From positions 1-64,000 of the forward strand of contig JAWMAR010000401.1 in NCBI GenBank assembly GCA_036785375.1: 64,000 nucleotides of DNA, given 5' to 3'. The position numbers and the translations under genes are program-made. Below the pieces are notes generated by a model. It ran no database searches and had not been told where the DNA came from. It saw nothing but the letters and a program-made list of their open reading frames with translations. This document shows, in pieces, positions 37,381 through 50,230 of the stretch (positions are counted from its first letter, which is position 1; every line of letters begins with the position of its first letter). The stretch is from Leucoraja ocellata (taxonomy: Eukaryota).

Positions 37381-39219
37381 CACTCTCCCCATAGCCGTTC
37401 AAATTCAGCCCTTTCATGTACATATTCCAGTTTCCATCCAGCTATGTCTGTTAGTTCTCTGTCAATAAAAATAGTTATCTCCATCGATGTCCTTCATGAA
37501 ATACCTTAAAATTTACTTAAGATTTAACATAAACATTTATAAATTGTTCTAGATGTGAAATGGCTACAATGGCTTCAAATTTAAATTGTCATTGAGTTAT
37601 TTTGCTTTGTAGTAAACATTCTATTAATTTGATTTTTTTTGCAATGAATAGATAAAGAACTGTAATGAAACAGTGTTGATAAACATAGCTGATATTTTGG
37701 CAAGGATAGCCTCTACAGACCGAGGACTTTCTTTGCTCCTTTTTGGTGAAAATGACAGCCCTATTGCAACAAATTGGTAAGAAAGTATACAAGACAGAAA
37801 AACATAGTTTGCCTATAACATTTCATATACATTGTTCCTCTTTTTTCTCTTGGTCGAAGAATTAAAATTTTCTTGTGACAGCTAAGTTTTACTAAGTAAG
37901 TAAACTAGTTTATGGTGTTTTTAATAACATTCTTAAAATGCTGTGGCCAAAAATTATTTTAAATGCATTAACATTTGTCATATCCAATTGGGAATGGTAA
38001 TAGGTAACTACCTGTATGTAGCATCAGAAACTTTAAGGAACTGTTGTGTTTCTAGCATTTTCTATTTTTACTTCAGATAACATTTGCATTTTTTTTAATG
38101 TCCATCTATCGTCCACCCATGTGTCCAACATCTGCAGTTTTATGTTTCTATATTTTAAACATAGATACCACTTGATGTACCACTTTAATTCAAATTTGAT
38201 GTAAGAATAAAACTGAATCAGAGCTTAACCAATACGGGGATATGCAAGGAAAATAGGATTGGCCAAATATACGGAAATTCGACCAATTCAGCTTTATGAC
38301 TTTTGAGTAGATGCACTTGGATGATGAACAAACATTTACATGATAACATGTAGAAACAAGATACTGCAGATCTGAAGAAGGGTCCCGATACGAAACGTCA
38401 CCAGCATGTTCTCCAGCGATGCTGCCTGACCCGCTGAGTTACTCCAGCACTTTGTGCCCTTTAAACATTTTTTTAAATAACCAACCACTTCCATTTCGCA
38501 GGATCATTTCCTTCGAACGTGTTGTTATTTCTCAACCAAACACCAGGCGTCGCTTTCGCCGCCACAGATATCGTGAGCACGTATTACATTTCTATGCATA
38601 GTTCATTTTTATGCCCGATCCATCGCAATTTGCTGTAATTAATTAGTTCCATTAAAAATATAACTTTGGAGACAACCAACCGGATTCCATCGTCAACAAA
38701 TATGTAAAGCCGCAGATAACTATTTGATTGAAAGAAAACGCCTTGAAAATATGTATTTGGAAAACAAATCCGATTTGTATGTAAATGGCATTAAAACTCA
38801 ATGGGAACTTTACAGTCAGACCCAGAAAAATCTCCACTCTTATACATTTTAATACAATTTAAATTGGAAAGAAACTTAGTCTTTGAGATTTGAGATTTAC
38901 TTACGTTAACTTAAATACAATGCTAATGCATGGAGACTTTTCTCGATAACGTTGAAACGTCTTTTATTTTCTAATCAAACGGTTAGGAAATAAAGAGTAA
39001 AATATTATGGAAATAGAATGTGTTCATGTGAACAAACGCTGTAATTATTAGAGCGTTCGGGACTTCCATTCCATGTTTTAATCCCAGCCTCTCTACTTCT
39101 AGTGTTTAGTTATTTCGAAGTGTTCTTTGTCATCGTTTTATTTTCTTGAGTTGCTTCTAATAGTTTCTGGTTGTTCGCTCACAGTGGACGGGTTGCAATT
39201 TACCTCATCCGTTATTTCC

Positions 39220-39330
39220 ATGCTCCGCCCGTGACTCCTCCTCGCCGTGGTTGTGTATTTAGGGGGTGTCGCGCCGAGCCGGACCACTGGCTTTTTTTTG
39301 CATCCTACGGGACCGCCAGTTATAATTTTA
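39220..39330 (+). promoter_or_regulatory. FABP7 proximal promoter
   Basis: GC box CCGCCC at 39225-39230, TATA-like TATTTAG at 39256-39262, CpG-rich. Confidence 0.55.
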
Positions 39331-39390
39331 AGGTTAGTTCTCCACCCGAAGTCGCTTCTTTCACTTTCTCCAATCTTCGGTACCGGCAAC

Positions 39391-39463
39391 ATGGTCGATG
39401 CTTTCGTTGGAACCTGGAAGCTCATTGAAAGCGAGAATTTCGATGCATATATGAAAGCTTTGG
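39391..39463 (+). CDS. FABP7: Fatty acid-binding protein 7 (brain), exon 1
   Basis: [24 protein letters not shown] + G|GTAAG; 73 nt, canonical FABP exon 1. Confidence 0.96.
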
Positions 39464-39739
39464 GTAAGCAGCGCACTGCATGTCGGCAATCTTGCGAATA
39501 ATTAAACCTTAAATCTGGTAGTCCAGACAGAAATATATACTTGAAATAAACATTTTATATTAAACAACGACAGATATCAATATTTCACGAGGAAGCTAAG
39601 CTATAGGCATGTTTGATGTTCTTCAGTGTAAATAATTCCTGCCGTGTTCATTCAAGGCAAAGCAGCATATAGCTAGTGTGTTTCATTCACTCACTTTGAA
39701 TGGAGAATGGAAATTGGTGCAATATGTGTATTTTGGCAG

Positions 39740-39912
39740 GTGTGAGTTTCGCTACTAGACAAGTCGGGAATGTGACCAAACCGACTATTGTCATCAGCAA
39801 AGAGGACGATACTGTGGCGTTGAAGACGCTGAGCACCTTTAAAAACACCGAAATCACCTTCAAACTAGGAGAAGAGTTCGACGAAACTACAGCGGATGAC
39901 CGGGTCTGCAAA
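39740..39912 (+). CDS. FABP7: FABP7 exon 2
   Basis: ttttggcag|[58 protein letters not shown]|gtaagt; 173 nt. Confidence 0.96.
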
Positions 39913-39977
39913 GTAAGTGCAGTGATTGTCATTGCGCATTGTTTGTCCGTGCGCGCTTCAGTAATAGATTCAGACAA

Positions 39978-40096
39978 GGTTACACAAAAAAGCTGCAGAA
40001 ACTCAGCGGGTGCAGCAGCATCTATGGAGCGAAGGAAATAGGCAACGTTTCGGGCCGAAACCCTTCTTCAGACGGGTTCTGAACTAGATTCTGAAC
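39978..40096 (-). mobile_element. 119 bp hammerhead-containing insertion in FABP7 intron 2
   Basis: 13 bp TSD tagattcagacaa (39965-39977 / 40097-40109). Confidence 0.78.
40044..40071 (-). ncRNA. Minimal type I hammerhead ribozyme motif
   Basis: Minus strand CTGAAGA-a-GGGT[TTCG]GCCC-GAAAC-GTT; stem II capped by UUCG. Confidence 0.6.
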
Positions 40097-40360
40097 TAGA
40101 TTCAGACAATGTGGATAATTGAGCTGACGAATAAGATTTATTTTCTGTTCTGCCTCCCGGTTTGGAGTAGCGGCGGGAGCAGACAAAGATTTGTTTCAAA
40201 CATTGCTTTTCGAAAGTAGTACATTATCGTTACTAGCTAACCTCGATTTAAATATTTATAGTTATTTTGCCAAACGCAATTGTTGACAAATGCTGCCCAG
40301 TTTCTTGTTTATTGCGATTAACGTTTGCTGATCGACAATTCGTATTCTACTTGTCAACAG

Positions 40361-40462
40361 ACAACGATAACTTTGGAAGGTGATAAACTTGTTCACGTCC
40401 AGAAATGGGATGGAAAGGAAACTAGTTTTACCAGGGAACTCAAGGATGGCAAAATGGTCATG
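40361..40462 (+). CDS. FABP7: FABP7 exon 3
   Basis: tcaacag|[34 protein letters not shown]|gtacgt; 102 nt. Confidence 0.96.
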
Positions 40463-40546
40463 GTACGTTAACCTGTAATTGTATTTCTATTGCATTATTC
40501 TTTTGGTGTGAATGGCTTAAGTTAAATTGTACTTGTGTTTCAACAG

Positions 40547-40597
40547 AATCTAACATTTGACGATATTGTTGCTGTTCGTACCTACGAAAAGGCATAA
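40547..40597 (+). CDS. FABP7: FABP7 exon 4
   Basis: tcaacag|NLTFDDIVAVRTYEKA*; 132 aa in total with ligand-binding R106/R126/Y128 retained. Confidence 0.96.
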   Translation, partial: NLTFDDIVAVRTYEKA

Positions 40598-40888
40598 CGT
40601 TCCACGCGAAGGGCTGTCAGAGCAATCGGGCAATACTCATGACAGTATTTAAAATCTGGAGCGGTTCTTCCTCTGACTGTACTGCGACTTGCCTGGATTT
40701 CCAGTGAAGAGCCAATCTGAGAACCTCTTTTGTAACAAGATACGAAATACTGTTTTTATGTTGTAAAAAAATTAACAGTCTAGCATTTTTAATACCTGTA
40801 CATCACTTATCCACGTTTTTATTTTTTATAAAATGGAATTTGATCATAGAAGGCATGTTTTAGTCGGAATGAAGAAGTTGAAGCGGTC

Positions 40889-40894
40889 AATAAA
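40889..40894 (+). terminator. FABP7 polyadenylation signal
   Basis: AATAAA ~290 nt after the stop, followed by GT/T-rich sequence. Confidence 0.7.
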
Positions 40895-42009
40895 CATGTT
40901 GCTCTTGAACTGACAGTTGTGGTTTCTTATGCTAACATTTTTGTACAAACTATTTGCCTTTTCGTTTTATCACCAATGTTCATACAAAAAAAATAGTTAG
41001 TTCCATTCTAAAGGTGTAGACCAAAGCGCTTAAATACATTGGAAGATTAAACTTTAGCCGTTTCTTGCCTTCCTAAAGACAACAAAGTGGCATATGTATT
41101 AAATAATAATTATAACAAGAGATAGGAACCAGGGTGTAGAGTGTCTGTGCAGTACGTTCATGTGCGATATATGGCCTCACTGGGCCACGAGAGGTTATTA
41201 TTCCGTAATTCATTAACAGAATAATCGTATTCATGCTTTGGAGCTTATTTTGGAGCTAAATGTTTTAGCTCGATCATCAAAACAGTCATGCAAAGTGAAA
41301 ATAGATTTTCAAAGACAAGTTGTTCCAACGATTCTGTAAAGCACATCGTGGAAGATCAAGTATATCTCCCATGATTAGTTTTCCAACCGCATGGGTGGGA
41401 AAATGCACTCCACGTGTAATTTCTTCGACTCATCTCGCATGCAGATTTTTTTGTGCCAGTTCACGTGGATGTAAGCATCGTATCTGGAGAGCTTAGTTGT
41501 TATCTCGGTAACCTATAAGGAAAACGACTATTTTTTTCATTTTTAATAAGGGATCTATGGTCCAATCTCGTGCATTTCAAGGAAATGTCATAATTTTCAA
41601 TGTCATTTTCGTTGTACAGTTTTTTTATACAACCCAAAGCGAAAAAATGCAGTACTTAAAACAAGAGACTTGAAAATGCAGAACAGTAAAAAAGAACCAG
41701 AGCCTCCATACCTAAATCTCGCCAGTTCCAGATTACTTGAATCAAATTTGGAACAAATCCGAGCTCCACAAGTTCAAATTCGAATTTCAGAAATAGAACA
41801 GTTCTTTACGTAAATGAATCAGCCCAATTCACAATTGAGTAGACTCGATGGTCCGAATGGCCTAATTCTGCTCCTATGGCGAATGCACATTAAAATGAAT
41901 AGCAAAGGAACAGCAAATTGTCTAGTTGATTTCAGAGTGCATAATAAAATCCATACCGTGTGTTAATATTTCAAACGAATTAAGCTGCAGGGGTTACATT
42001 GACGCGGTT

Positions 42010-42166
42010 GGCTATTTCCTGGTGGTTTATAATAGTCTGTCCCCAGTATTGAGTCACTGAGTGTGAGAATTGAGTGCTTGACCTGATTAGAACATGGCCC
42101 GGATCTGCGCTGGTCACGTGTTGGCACGTGCTGCGGCTGCGCGAACGTCCCCGCAGCCGGGTAGCG
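42010..42166 (+). promoter_or_regulatory. SMPDL3A CpG-island promoter with tandem E-boxes
   Basis: CACGTG at 42115-42120 and 42125-42130, AP-1 TGAGTCA at 42050-42056, ETS-like ATTTCCTG near 42014. Confidence 0.6.
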
Positions 42167-42287
42167 ATGGAAGTCGGGGGGGCATTTGTGCAGCTATGGC
42201 TTGTTTGCGGATTGTGGCTGCTGGCCTCAGAGTTAGCGGCGCCTGCCGCCGCACCGTATCCCGAAAGGACAAGGGCCAGGGTCACAG
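42167..42287 (+). CDS. SMPDL3A: Sphingomyelin phosphodiesterase acid-like 3A, exon 1 (signal peptide)
   Basis: MEVGGAFVQLWLVCGLWLLASELAAPAAAPYPERTRARVT + G|GTAAGC in a CpG island; phase 1 matches exon 2. Confidence 0.85.
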
Positions 42288-42780
42288 GTAAGCGGAGTGA
42301 AAGTTGCTCTCGTCGGGTGACTGAGATACAAAGGCATGGCAGAAGTGCTTACTTGTTTTGGGCTTAAAGCCGTACTGTCTTCTTGTCGCCACCCTAAAAT
42401 ATTGCTCTAATTAGGGGGATGAAATCTAAGTTATGGAAAGAATGTCACTTTTGTTTTGCTAAAGTACAAGTTGATTGAGGTATAGGTGCCATAAACGTTG
42501 TGTTGGGTAACATTTATACGCTGTAGTTTGCTTAATGAGCGAATGGAAATAAAGTGCTTAGTTAGTTTCTGACCGTGCAAAAACATTAAATGGATAATTC
42601 GGAAATAATTGCGGGGCAAAATTACATAGACCAGTGTGAAGATAACACAGGCGAAACCGCGAAACTCATGATTCATTGTGGTGGCGATTTAAAAACCGGA
42701 ATTGATGGACACATAAATTAGCAAGGTTTCGCAAGCTTTCATCATTATTGCTGAACCGCGTAAACATTAAGTTGCTTACA

Positions 42781-43112
42781 ACATAGAAACATAGAAATTA
42801 GGTGCAGGAGTAGGCCATTCGGCCCTTCGAGCCTGCACCGCCATTCAATATGATCATGGCTGATCATCCAACTCAGTATCCCGTACCTGCCTTCTCTCCA
42901 TACCCCCTGATCCCCTTAGCCACAAGGGCCACATCTAACTCCCTCTTAAATATAGCCAATGAACTGGCCTCAACTACCCTCTGTGGCAGAGAGTTCCAGA
43001 AATTCACCACTCTCCGTGTGAAAAAAGTTCTTCTCATCTCGGTTTTAAAGGATTTCCCCCTTATCCTTAAGCTGTGACCCCTTGTCCTGGACTTCCCCAA
43101 CATCGGGAACAA
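42781..43112 (-). mobile_element. CR1 3' end
   Basis: Tail and 3'UTR match the copy at 35331. Confidence 0.88.
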
Positions 43113-44359
43113 CATATTCCAACATCGTCAATCTCTACCATTAGAACAGTCGCGAATACGACATGGGGGAAAATACATTGGTTTTGGAAGAGGGTCTAAG
43201 ATAACTTAGCCGTTCCAAATAGTTATTCGTCTAAAATTATATTTTCCCAAATAAAGTGATTTTTTTTGTACATGCATGTAATGGGCCTACTTCATTATCA
43301 TCACAAGGGAGAATTTTTCAGAGATATGGTGGTTTCTAAGATTAATTTAACTATAAATCATATAAGATTTTAATGTCCTGGCTTCACCATTTTACAAGCT
43401 TTGACCCAGAAAATTGTGTCTGTCTCTTATCTTGTGACAATTCAATTTATATAACTGGTTTATATAACTGATCTTTCATCACAATGTGGTAGGTTATAAA
43501 GTGGTAGGATTTGTCCTCTTGATCTTTACCTTTTAATATATCCTATTCTCTGGAGGGATAGGAAATATTACTCGCAGAGAATGTTCCACTTTGGTTCATT
43601 ATGTATCACATGCAACTTGGTACACCACCAGTTGATATATTTATGGCAGAGATAGATAGATTCTTGATTAGTACAGGTGTCAGAGGTTATGGGGAGAATA
43701 CAGTTGAATGGGGTTAGGAGGGAGAAAACGGAGTAAACTTGATGAGCCAAATGGCCAAATTCTGCTATCATTTATAACCCCCCCTCAATTCCAACATTGC
43801 AATGTTGCAATTCTTAGTTCCCTTTGTGAAAGAGGGTGGGCCACAAATATAACTTGGAGGAAGAAAAATAACCTTGTTGAACCAACAAGATTTAAAATAT
43901 GCTAATGTGCACACAGCAGCATAACCTTTTAGATTCTGTGGCAGACCATCAAGTTTGGCACTGATGAACTGGTTACTCTGTAAAGGTATTAGGAGAATAA
44001 GATATGTTTCCACCTTAAATTGAGTGGTAGGGTAAATAACCAAAATAAATAAAAATACATGAACATTTGACTTCATAAAACCAGACACTGAAAGCGTAAC
44101 ATTTACTTCAAGTAGCCTGAAGAAGAGTCCCAACCCAAAATGTCAGTTGTCCATCCTCAACTTCCAACATCAGGATCCAGATGGGGGGGGGGGGACCTGC
44201 TGAATTCCTCCAACACTTTTTTTGCTCAAGATTCCAGCATCTGCATTTTGTGTGTCAAATGTACTTCAAATATTTGGGAGCATTCCTTCGGAAAATGTGA
44301 ATTCTTATATTAGCATTAATGTGTTCCCTAACAGACACACATGCATATATATTCTCAAA

Positions 44360-44820
44360 TTATAGGAGTAGAATTAGGCCGATCATCCCATCGGGTCTAC
44401 TCAATCATGGCTGATCTCTGCCTCCTAATCACATTTTCCTGCCTTCTCCCCATAACCCTTGACACCTGTTCTAATCAAGAATTTGTCTGTCTCCACCTTA
44501 AAATCCATTGATGGCCCCCACAGCCTTCTGTGACAATGAGGTCCACAGATTAATTATCCTCTGACTAAAGAAATTCTTCCTCGCCTCCTTTCTAAAAGAG
44601 CGTCCTTTAATTCTGAGTCTCTGACCTCTGGTCCTAGACTCTCCCACCAATGGAAACATCCTTTCCTCATCACTCTGTCTTTCATTATTCTGTAAGTTTC
44701 AATGAGGTTCCTCCTCAACCTTCTAAACTCCAGCGAGTAGAGGCCCAGGGCTGTCAAACGCTAATCATATGCTAACCCACTCATTCCTGGAATCATTCTT
44801 GTCAACCTCGTCTGGACCTT
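44360..44820 (-). mobile_element. CR1 3' fragment
   Basis: LGLYSLEFRRLRRNLIETY. Confidence 0.75.
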
Positions 44821-47800
44821 CCTCCTATTACTGCAACATCTTACAGGCTATCAACCTCTACTATGTTTAAAGTGCCAAACCTAAGTGAGAGATCAAAACC
44901 TGGGCAATTTATTGATTATAAGCCATGAAAAGTGTATGGGCAGTATTGGCACTAGGCTTGAGAAAATGTAGTTGGGATGAAGTACTCAGGCCAACACGTT
45001 TGAAGCAAAAATTAGATATGATTTTCACGAGTTTTTTTTAAATATAAAGGTTTTGTTAAAATTACTATGAAAAGATTATTAGTCTGTCTCAGATGGGGAG
45101 TGAGGGGAAAGGGAAATTTTCCATTTGAAGAAGGGTCTCGACCCAAAACTTCACCTATTCCTTTTCTCCAAAGATGCTGCTGACCAGCTGAGTTACTCCA
45201 GTTTTTTGTGTCTATATCTTTGGTTTAAACCAGCATCTGCAGTTCCTTCCTACACATTAGTATGGGTGCTTGATTGTCAGCACAGTCATGGCTTTTTGAT
45301 GTGTGTAATGATTATGAGGAGTGGATTGGTTGTGATTTGTTGACTGTAGGTAGGAAGAATTTAGGAAGTGATCGGTGGTGTAGTGAGTTGGCAGAAAGTG
45401 ACAAATAATACAATTCTGAAAAGTGCGAGGTAATGCATCTGAGGAGGTGCAACAAGCTAAAGCAGTATATGGTAAAATGATAAACTATATTGTGTGGTGG
45501 AGCCAAGGGAATGCATCTCACAGATCCTTTCAGTAGTAGGGAAGGTTAGTAAGGGTATTAGAGAATGTTCGGCAGTATTAATGAAGGCACAGAATGTAAG
45601 AGAAGGGAGATGTATGCACCATCAGTAAGGCTGCAGTTTGTGGACTATGTCCAGTTCTGGTCACTGCAATACAGGAAGGGTGTGATTCTACAGCAAAATA
45701 TACGGAAGAGATTTGAGGAAGTTGCCAGAACTGAAATATTGTAGCAATAGGAACAATTCAATAGACTAGTGTTATTTTCTTTGAAATGCATGAAGAAATA
45801 CTTAAAAACATTAAGAACTGCGGATGCTAGAATTTTGAGCAAAGTACTGGACAAACAGCAGACCAGGCAGCATCTGTGGACGAATGTGCGGGTGGCATTT
45901 GGAGTAGGGAGGTGATAACTGGAGACGAGAGATGGGGGCAGGACAAAGCCTGGCAAATGATGCAGGAGATGGGTGTGGGTGGGGGAGGGGTTGATTGGCT
46001 GATGGGTGGAGTAAATTACAGTGGCTAGATGTGGAAAACAAGACAAAAGGGTGTCAGATAAAGACAGCCTATTGTTTTTTATAACTAATTTTGTTGCCTA
46101 AAGTCACAAGTACTAGGTAAAATAGGAAGGGTGATATAAGCAGGAAGGACAGTACAAACGATGCCCTAGGCCAAAAGTTTGAAAACAAAACAGGGGACAT
46201 ATAGGTTTAAAGTAATCCGTAGAAGGATCCAAGGGGAGAAGAGGAAAGGTTCCTTCACCCATTGAGTATTGGATGTTGGCAACTCACTGCTTGAATGAGT
46301 GGCAGACGCACAAACCATCATCACAGTCACACATTACTAGGATGTGCACTTTAAGTCGAGATCTGAAGTGGTATGAGCCTACAGCTGGAAAGTGGGATTA
46401 AGTTGGTGCTGACATGATGAACCGAATAACTTCTTGTGAAGTAAGTTTTCTATAATAATGTGTATTGCTAATAAAGAACTATCATAGAAACATAAGCTGC
46501 AAGCACTGTTTGTATTGTGAACTACTTTAATTTTGCAACCTATTGATCACTTTGGCAACAACAGAATAAACAGATTTTTTTTTAATAGGAGGGGTAAAGA
46601 ATGAAGTTGACCATCAGACCAAAGTCTTCATTTTGAACAAAAATATGTTTCTTTGGAAGTTCATGAAACAACATCTATTGTTGATAGAATGAGCTCATGT
46701 TAACAATTGTAAACGTCCATTGAAAATAGAAAAACATGTTACAATGATACCATTTCAGTTATTGCATGGTTACATTTACGGGTGTATATCACTTGGAAAT
46801 AGTTAATGACAGAATATAGATAAAAAGATTAATTCCCATTTGTGAGGAGCTAGTAACTGTGACAATTGGACTATAGGAAGCTGAAAAAAGACTGAATTGC
46901 ATGGTTGATTCTCGTTTTTGCGATTTATACGAGAGGCTAACTTTGTAGTTTCTTCTAATTTTAATTATGTATGCTTGTCACAGCAACATCAGTTTTTTTT
47001 GATGACCTTGAAGTTTCACACTGAGTGTCAATCCTACTGCGTGACTGAAGTGTATCAGTTTCCTGTGATGTTTCCCTGCAGCATTGCAATGCTGTGGGTC
47101 ATAGCTTGAAATTATTCTACTTGGCCAACAGTGTGTTGGGGTAGATGCAAGAGAGAAACCTTGACCAAAATTGCCTATTTTAGCAGAAAAAATAAAAACA
47201 TATCTAAATTGTGAGTGGTTGTAGAGTTGTGAGGTCTTGATGTCTTGATACACGAGTTGCAAATGCTTGTTAGCAAGCATAGAAAGTAATTTGGAAAGCT
47301 ATCAGAACCTTATAATTTATTGTGAGGGGAATTTGTTTGTCCTTTGTTTAAGGCATTGGTGAGACTATACCTGGAATGTTGTGTATAATGTTGGTCATAT
47401 TTAAGCAAGATTGTAAATGTGCTGGAATAGTTTGGACTGATATGTCATCTTGTGGGCAGGTTGTGTCATCGGGAAAAGCTGGAGAAACTTGGCTTCTGTC
47501 CACAAGAGTGAGAGAGAAGTTGATTGAAACAAGTTAGATAGTGATGGGCTTTCCTCTTGCAGGAGAATCTGGATTGAGAGTTCATTGTTTAACAATATTT
47601 AAGGTAGAGAAAACACAATTTATTTTCTCTCAGCTTTTGTGAGACTTTGGAACGCTCCTCCTTAAAGGGTGGTGGAAGCAGAGAATTGTAATGTTACGGC
47701 AGAGGTGGAGACATTCTTGACAAGTAAAGAGATGAAAGGTTATGGATGGCAGGTAGGAATGTGGAGGTGAGATTAGAGTTTGCGTAGTCATGATTTTAAT

Positions 47801-48188
47801 AAATGACAGAGCAGCTCCAGGGACCATGTGGCCTACTTCTGTTCCTAATGTAGATATTTGCGATATAACATGATATAGATAGTAATATAACACAGAGGTA
47901 CAAGAGACTGCAGATGCTGGAACCTGTAGCAAAAAAAAAAAAGACAAGCTGCTGGAAGACTTGTAGAAAATCTTTGGAGGGAAATGGGCAGTCGATGTTT
48001 CAGGTTGAGACCTTTCATCAATGCATTCAATGTGTTATATACACTGACCTAGAAGATGAAGGAGGACACTTTTGCAGTTGGTGCATTTAAAATGGCCCAA
48101 GTGAATGGGTATGAAACGTATTCTACAAACGAGTTTTGTATTAACCATCAGTGTTCTGCAAAAATACCAATGAACCCTGACCGTTATA

Positions 48189-49520
48189 TCTATATTACTA
48201 AAAGTCTGTTCTTGATGGGTTTTGGCCATCTGTACTGCGATTTCCGAGAGAACGCCGCCACCTTCGGCCGTCATTTTTGGCCACCTTGCTCAGAGCCCCC
48301 CTCCGCCGTATGTGTGCTGAGGATTTTTCCCGTCAATGAAAAATGACAGAGATATTAATGTTTTTACAAAATTCCCCATTAGAAACATAGAAACAGAAAT
48401 TAGGTGCAGGAGTAGGCCATTCGGCCCTTCGAGCCTGCACCGCCATTCAATATGATCATGGCTGATCATCCAACTCAGTATCCCGTACCCGCCTTCTCTC
48501 CATACCCTCTGATCCCCTTAGCCACAAGGGCCACATCTAACTCCCTCTTAAATATAGCCAATGAACTGGCCTCGACTACCCTCTGTGGCAGAGAGTTCCA
48601 GAGATTCACCACTCTCTGTGTGAAAAAAGTTCTTCTCATCTCGGTTTTAAAGGATTTCCCCCTTATCCTTAAGCTGTGACCCCTTGTCTTGGACTTCCCC
48701 AACATCGGGAGCAATCTTCCTGCAACTAGCCTGTCCAACCCCTTAAGAATTTTGTAAGTTTCTGTAAGATCCCCTCTCAATCTCCTAAATTCTAGATAGT
48801 ATAAACCAAGTCTATCCAGTCTTTCTTCATAAGACAGTCCTGACATCCCAGGAATCAGTCTGGTGAACCTTCTCTGCACTCCCTCTATGGCAATAATGTC
48901 CTTCCTCAGATTTGGAGACCAAAACTGTACGCAATACTCCAGGTGTGGTCTCACCAAGACCCTGTACAACTGCAGTAGAACCTCCTTGCTCCTATACTCA
49001 AATCCTTTTGCTATGAAAGCTAACATACCATTCGCTTTCTTCACTGCCTGCTGCACCTGCATGCCTACTTTCAATGACTGGTGTACCATGACACCCAGGT
49101 CTCGCTGCATCTCCCCTTTTCCTAGTCGGCCACCATTTAGATAATAGTCTGCTTTCCTGTTTTTGCCACCAAAATTCTCTCTGCTGCCCCTGCTGGCGGC
49201 AGGGGGGAGGGACTATAAAACCAGGAAGTCGTGGGCCTCACATTCTCTTCATGATGGATGAAGGCAGAGGGTCACGTTTCTCTGAGCTGTGAATAACACT
49301 GAACACATGTTTACTCAAATGTAAGTAGCCTTAGTGGTACTAAAAACGCTTGCAAAATGTGTCTATTGGTTCTACAATGCTTGCAGAATGTGTCTTTTTT
49401 GGTTCTAGTTCTATGTTTAGAACCTGTAGCAAACCTGTAGCTCTCTACCCCCCCCCCCCCCCCCCCCCCCCCCTCCCGCACGTTGGGGGAACAGACCCAA
49501 CGGGTCTGCACTTGGTCTAG
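48189..49520 (+). mobile_element. Non-autonomous Helitron with both termini, interrupted by a CR1
   Basis: A|TCTATATTACTAAAA at the 5' end; subterminal hairpin CAGACCC-aac-GGGTCTG (49492-49508); CTAG|T at the 3' end; no TSD. Confidence 0.85.
48381..49175 (-). mobile_element. CR1 LINE nested in the Helitron
   Basis: 211 aa ORF2 C-terminus; host sequence ccccatt...ctctctg is split. Confidence 0.9.
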
Positions 49521-49729
49521 TTAATTATAAAGAGCTGGGAAATAAACAACAAACAGTCAATAAAGTTTCCTATTTTCTGTCAATTTGATTCAATGTGATT
49601 TCCCCCCCCCCCCCCCCCCCCCCCACCAGTAACATCTTCCCATCCGTGCTTGCTTCCGCTTTATGTAGAGAACAGTCCAACCTCAACACGTCCCTTCCCG
49701 CTCAACAAAAAAAGGTGAAAATATGTGAA

Positions 49730-50230
49730 ATTGGCGTGTCGGGCAACATCTCTGGAAAATATGGATAGGTTATGTTTCGGGTCAGTTCCTTTCTTCAGGC
49801 TGATAATAGTATGGTGAGGGGGAGAGGAGGAAGAGAGTTGGAAAGGAGGTGGGGCAGAACAAAGCCTGGTGAGTTAGACATGGATACAGATGAGGAAGGT
49901 TTTTGATAAGCAGTTGATTGGGTAAAATGATGAAAAGCCGAAAGGTGTGAGCTAAGGACGGAAGTGCGAATTGTGAATCCCGAGGAAGGAATATAGGTGG
50001 GATAGAAATAGAGAGGGCAGAAATGGGTACATATCCAGGTGGGACAGGGCAGAGATGTGGTGGGAAAAGTGGATGGGTTTGAGGTTAGTTACATAAAATT
50101 TGAGAATTCCATGTTAAATCTACCAGGTTGTAATCTCCCTAGGTGGAGTATGAGGTGTTTCTCCAATTTGTATTTGGCTTCACTCTGGCAATAGAGGAAG
50201 CTCAGGACAGAAAGGTCAGAATAGAAATCG
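49730..50230 (-). mobile_element. Penelope 3' region remnant
   Basis: Reverse complement resembles the endonuclease C-terminus at 18380-18449 and ends in a degenerate hammerhead/pLTR. Confidence 0.6.

Noticed and set aside
42079-42094. TGACCTgattAGAACA as an LXR DR4 element
   Set aside because: The second half-site is a poor match to the consensus
5864-49624. Long poly-C/poly-G tracts (5864, 13582, 15842, 49449, 49602) as functional G-quadruplexes
   Set aside because: Mostly in or beside repeats, and homopolymer lengths are unreliable in assemblies
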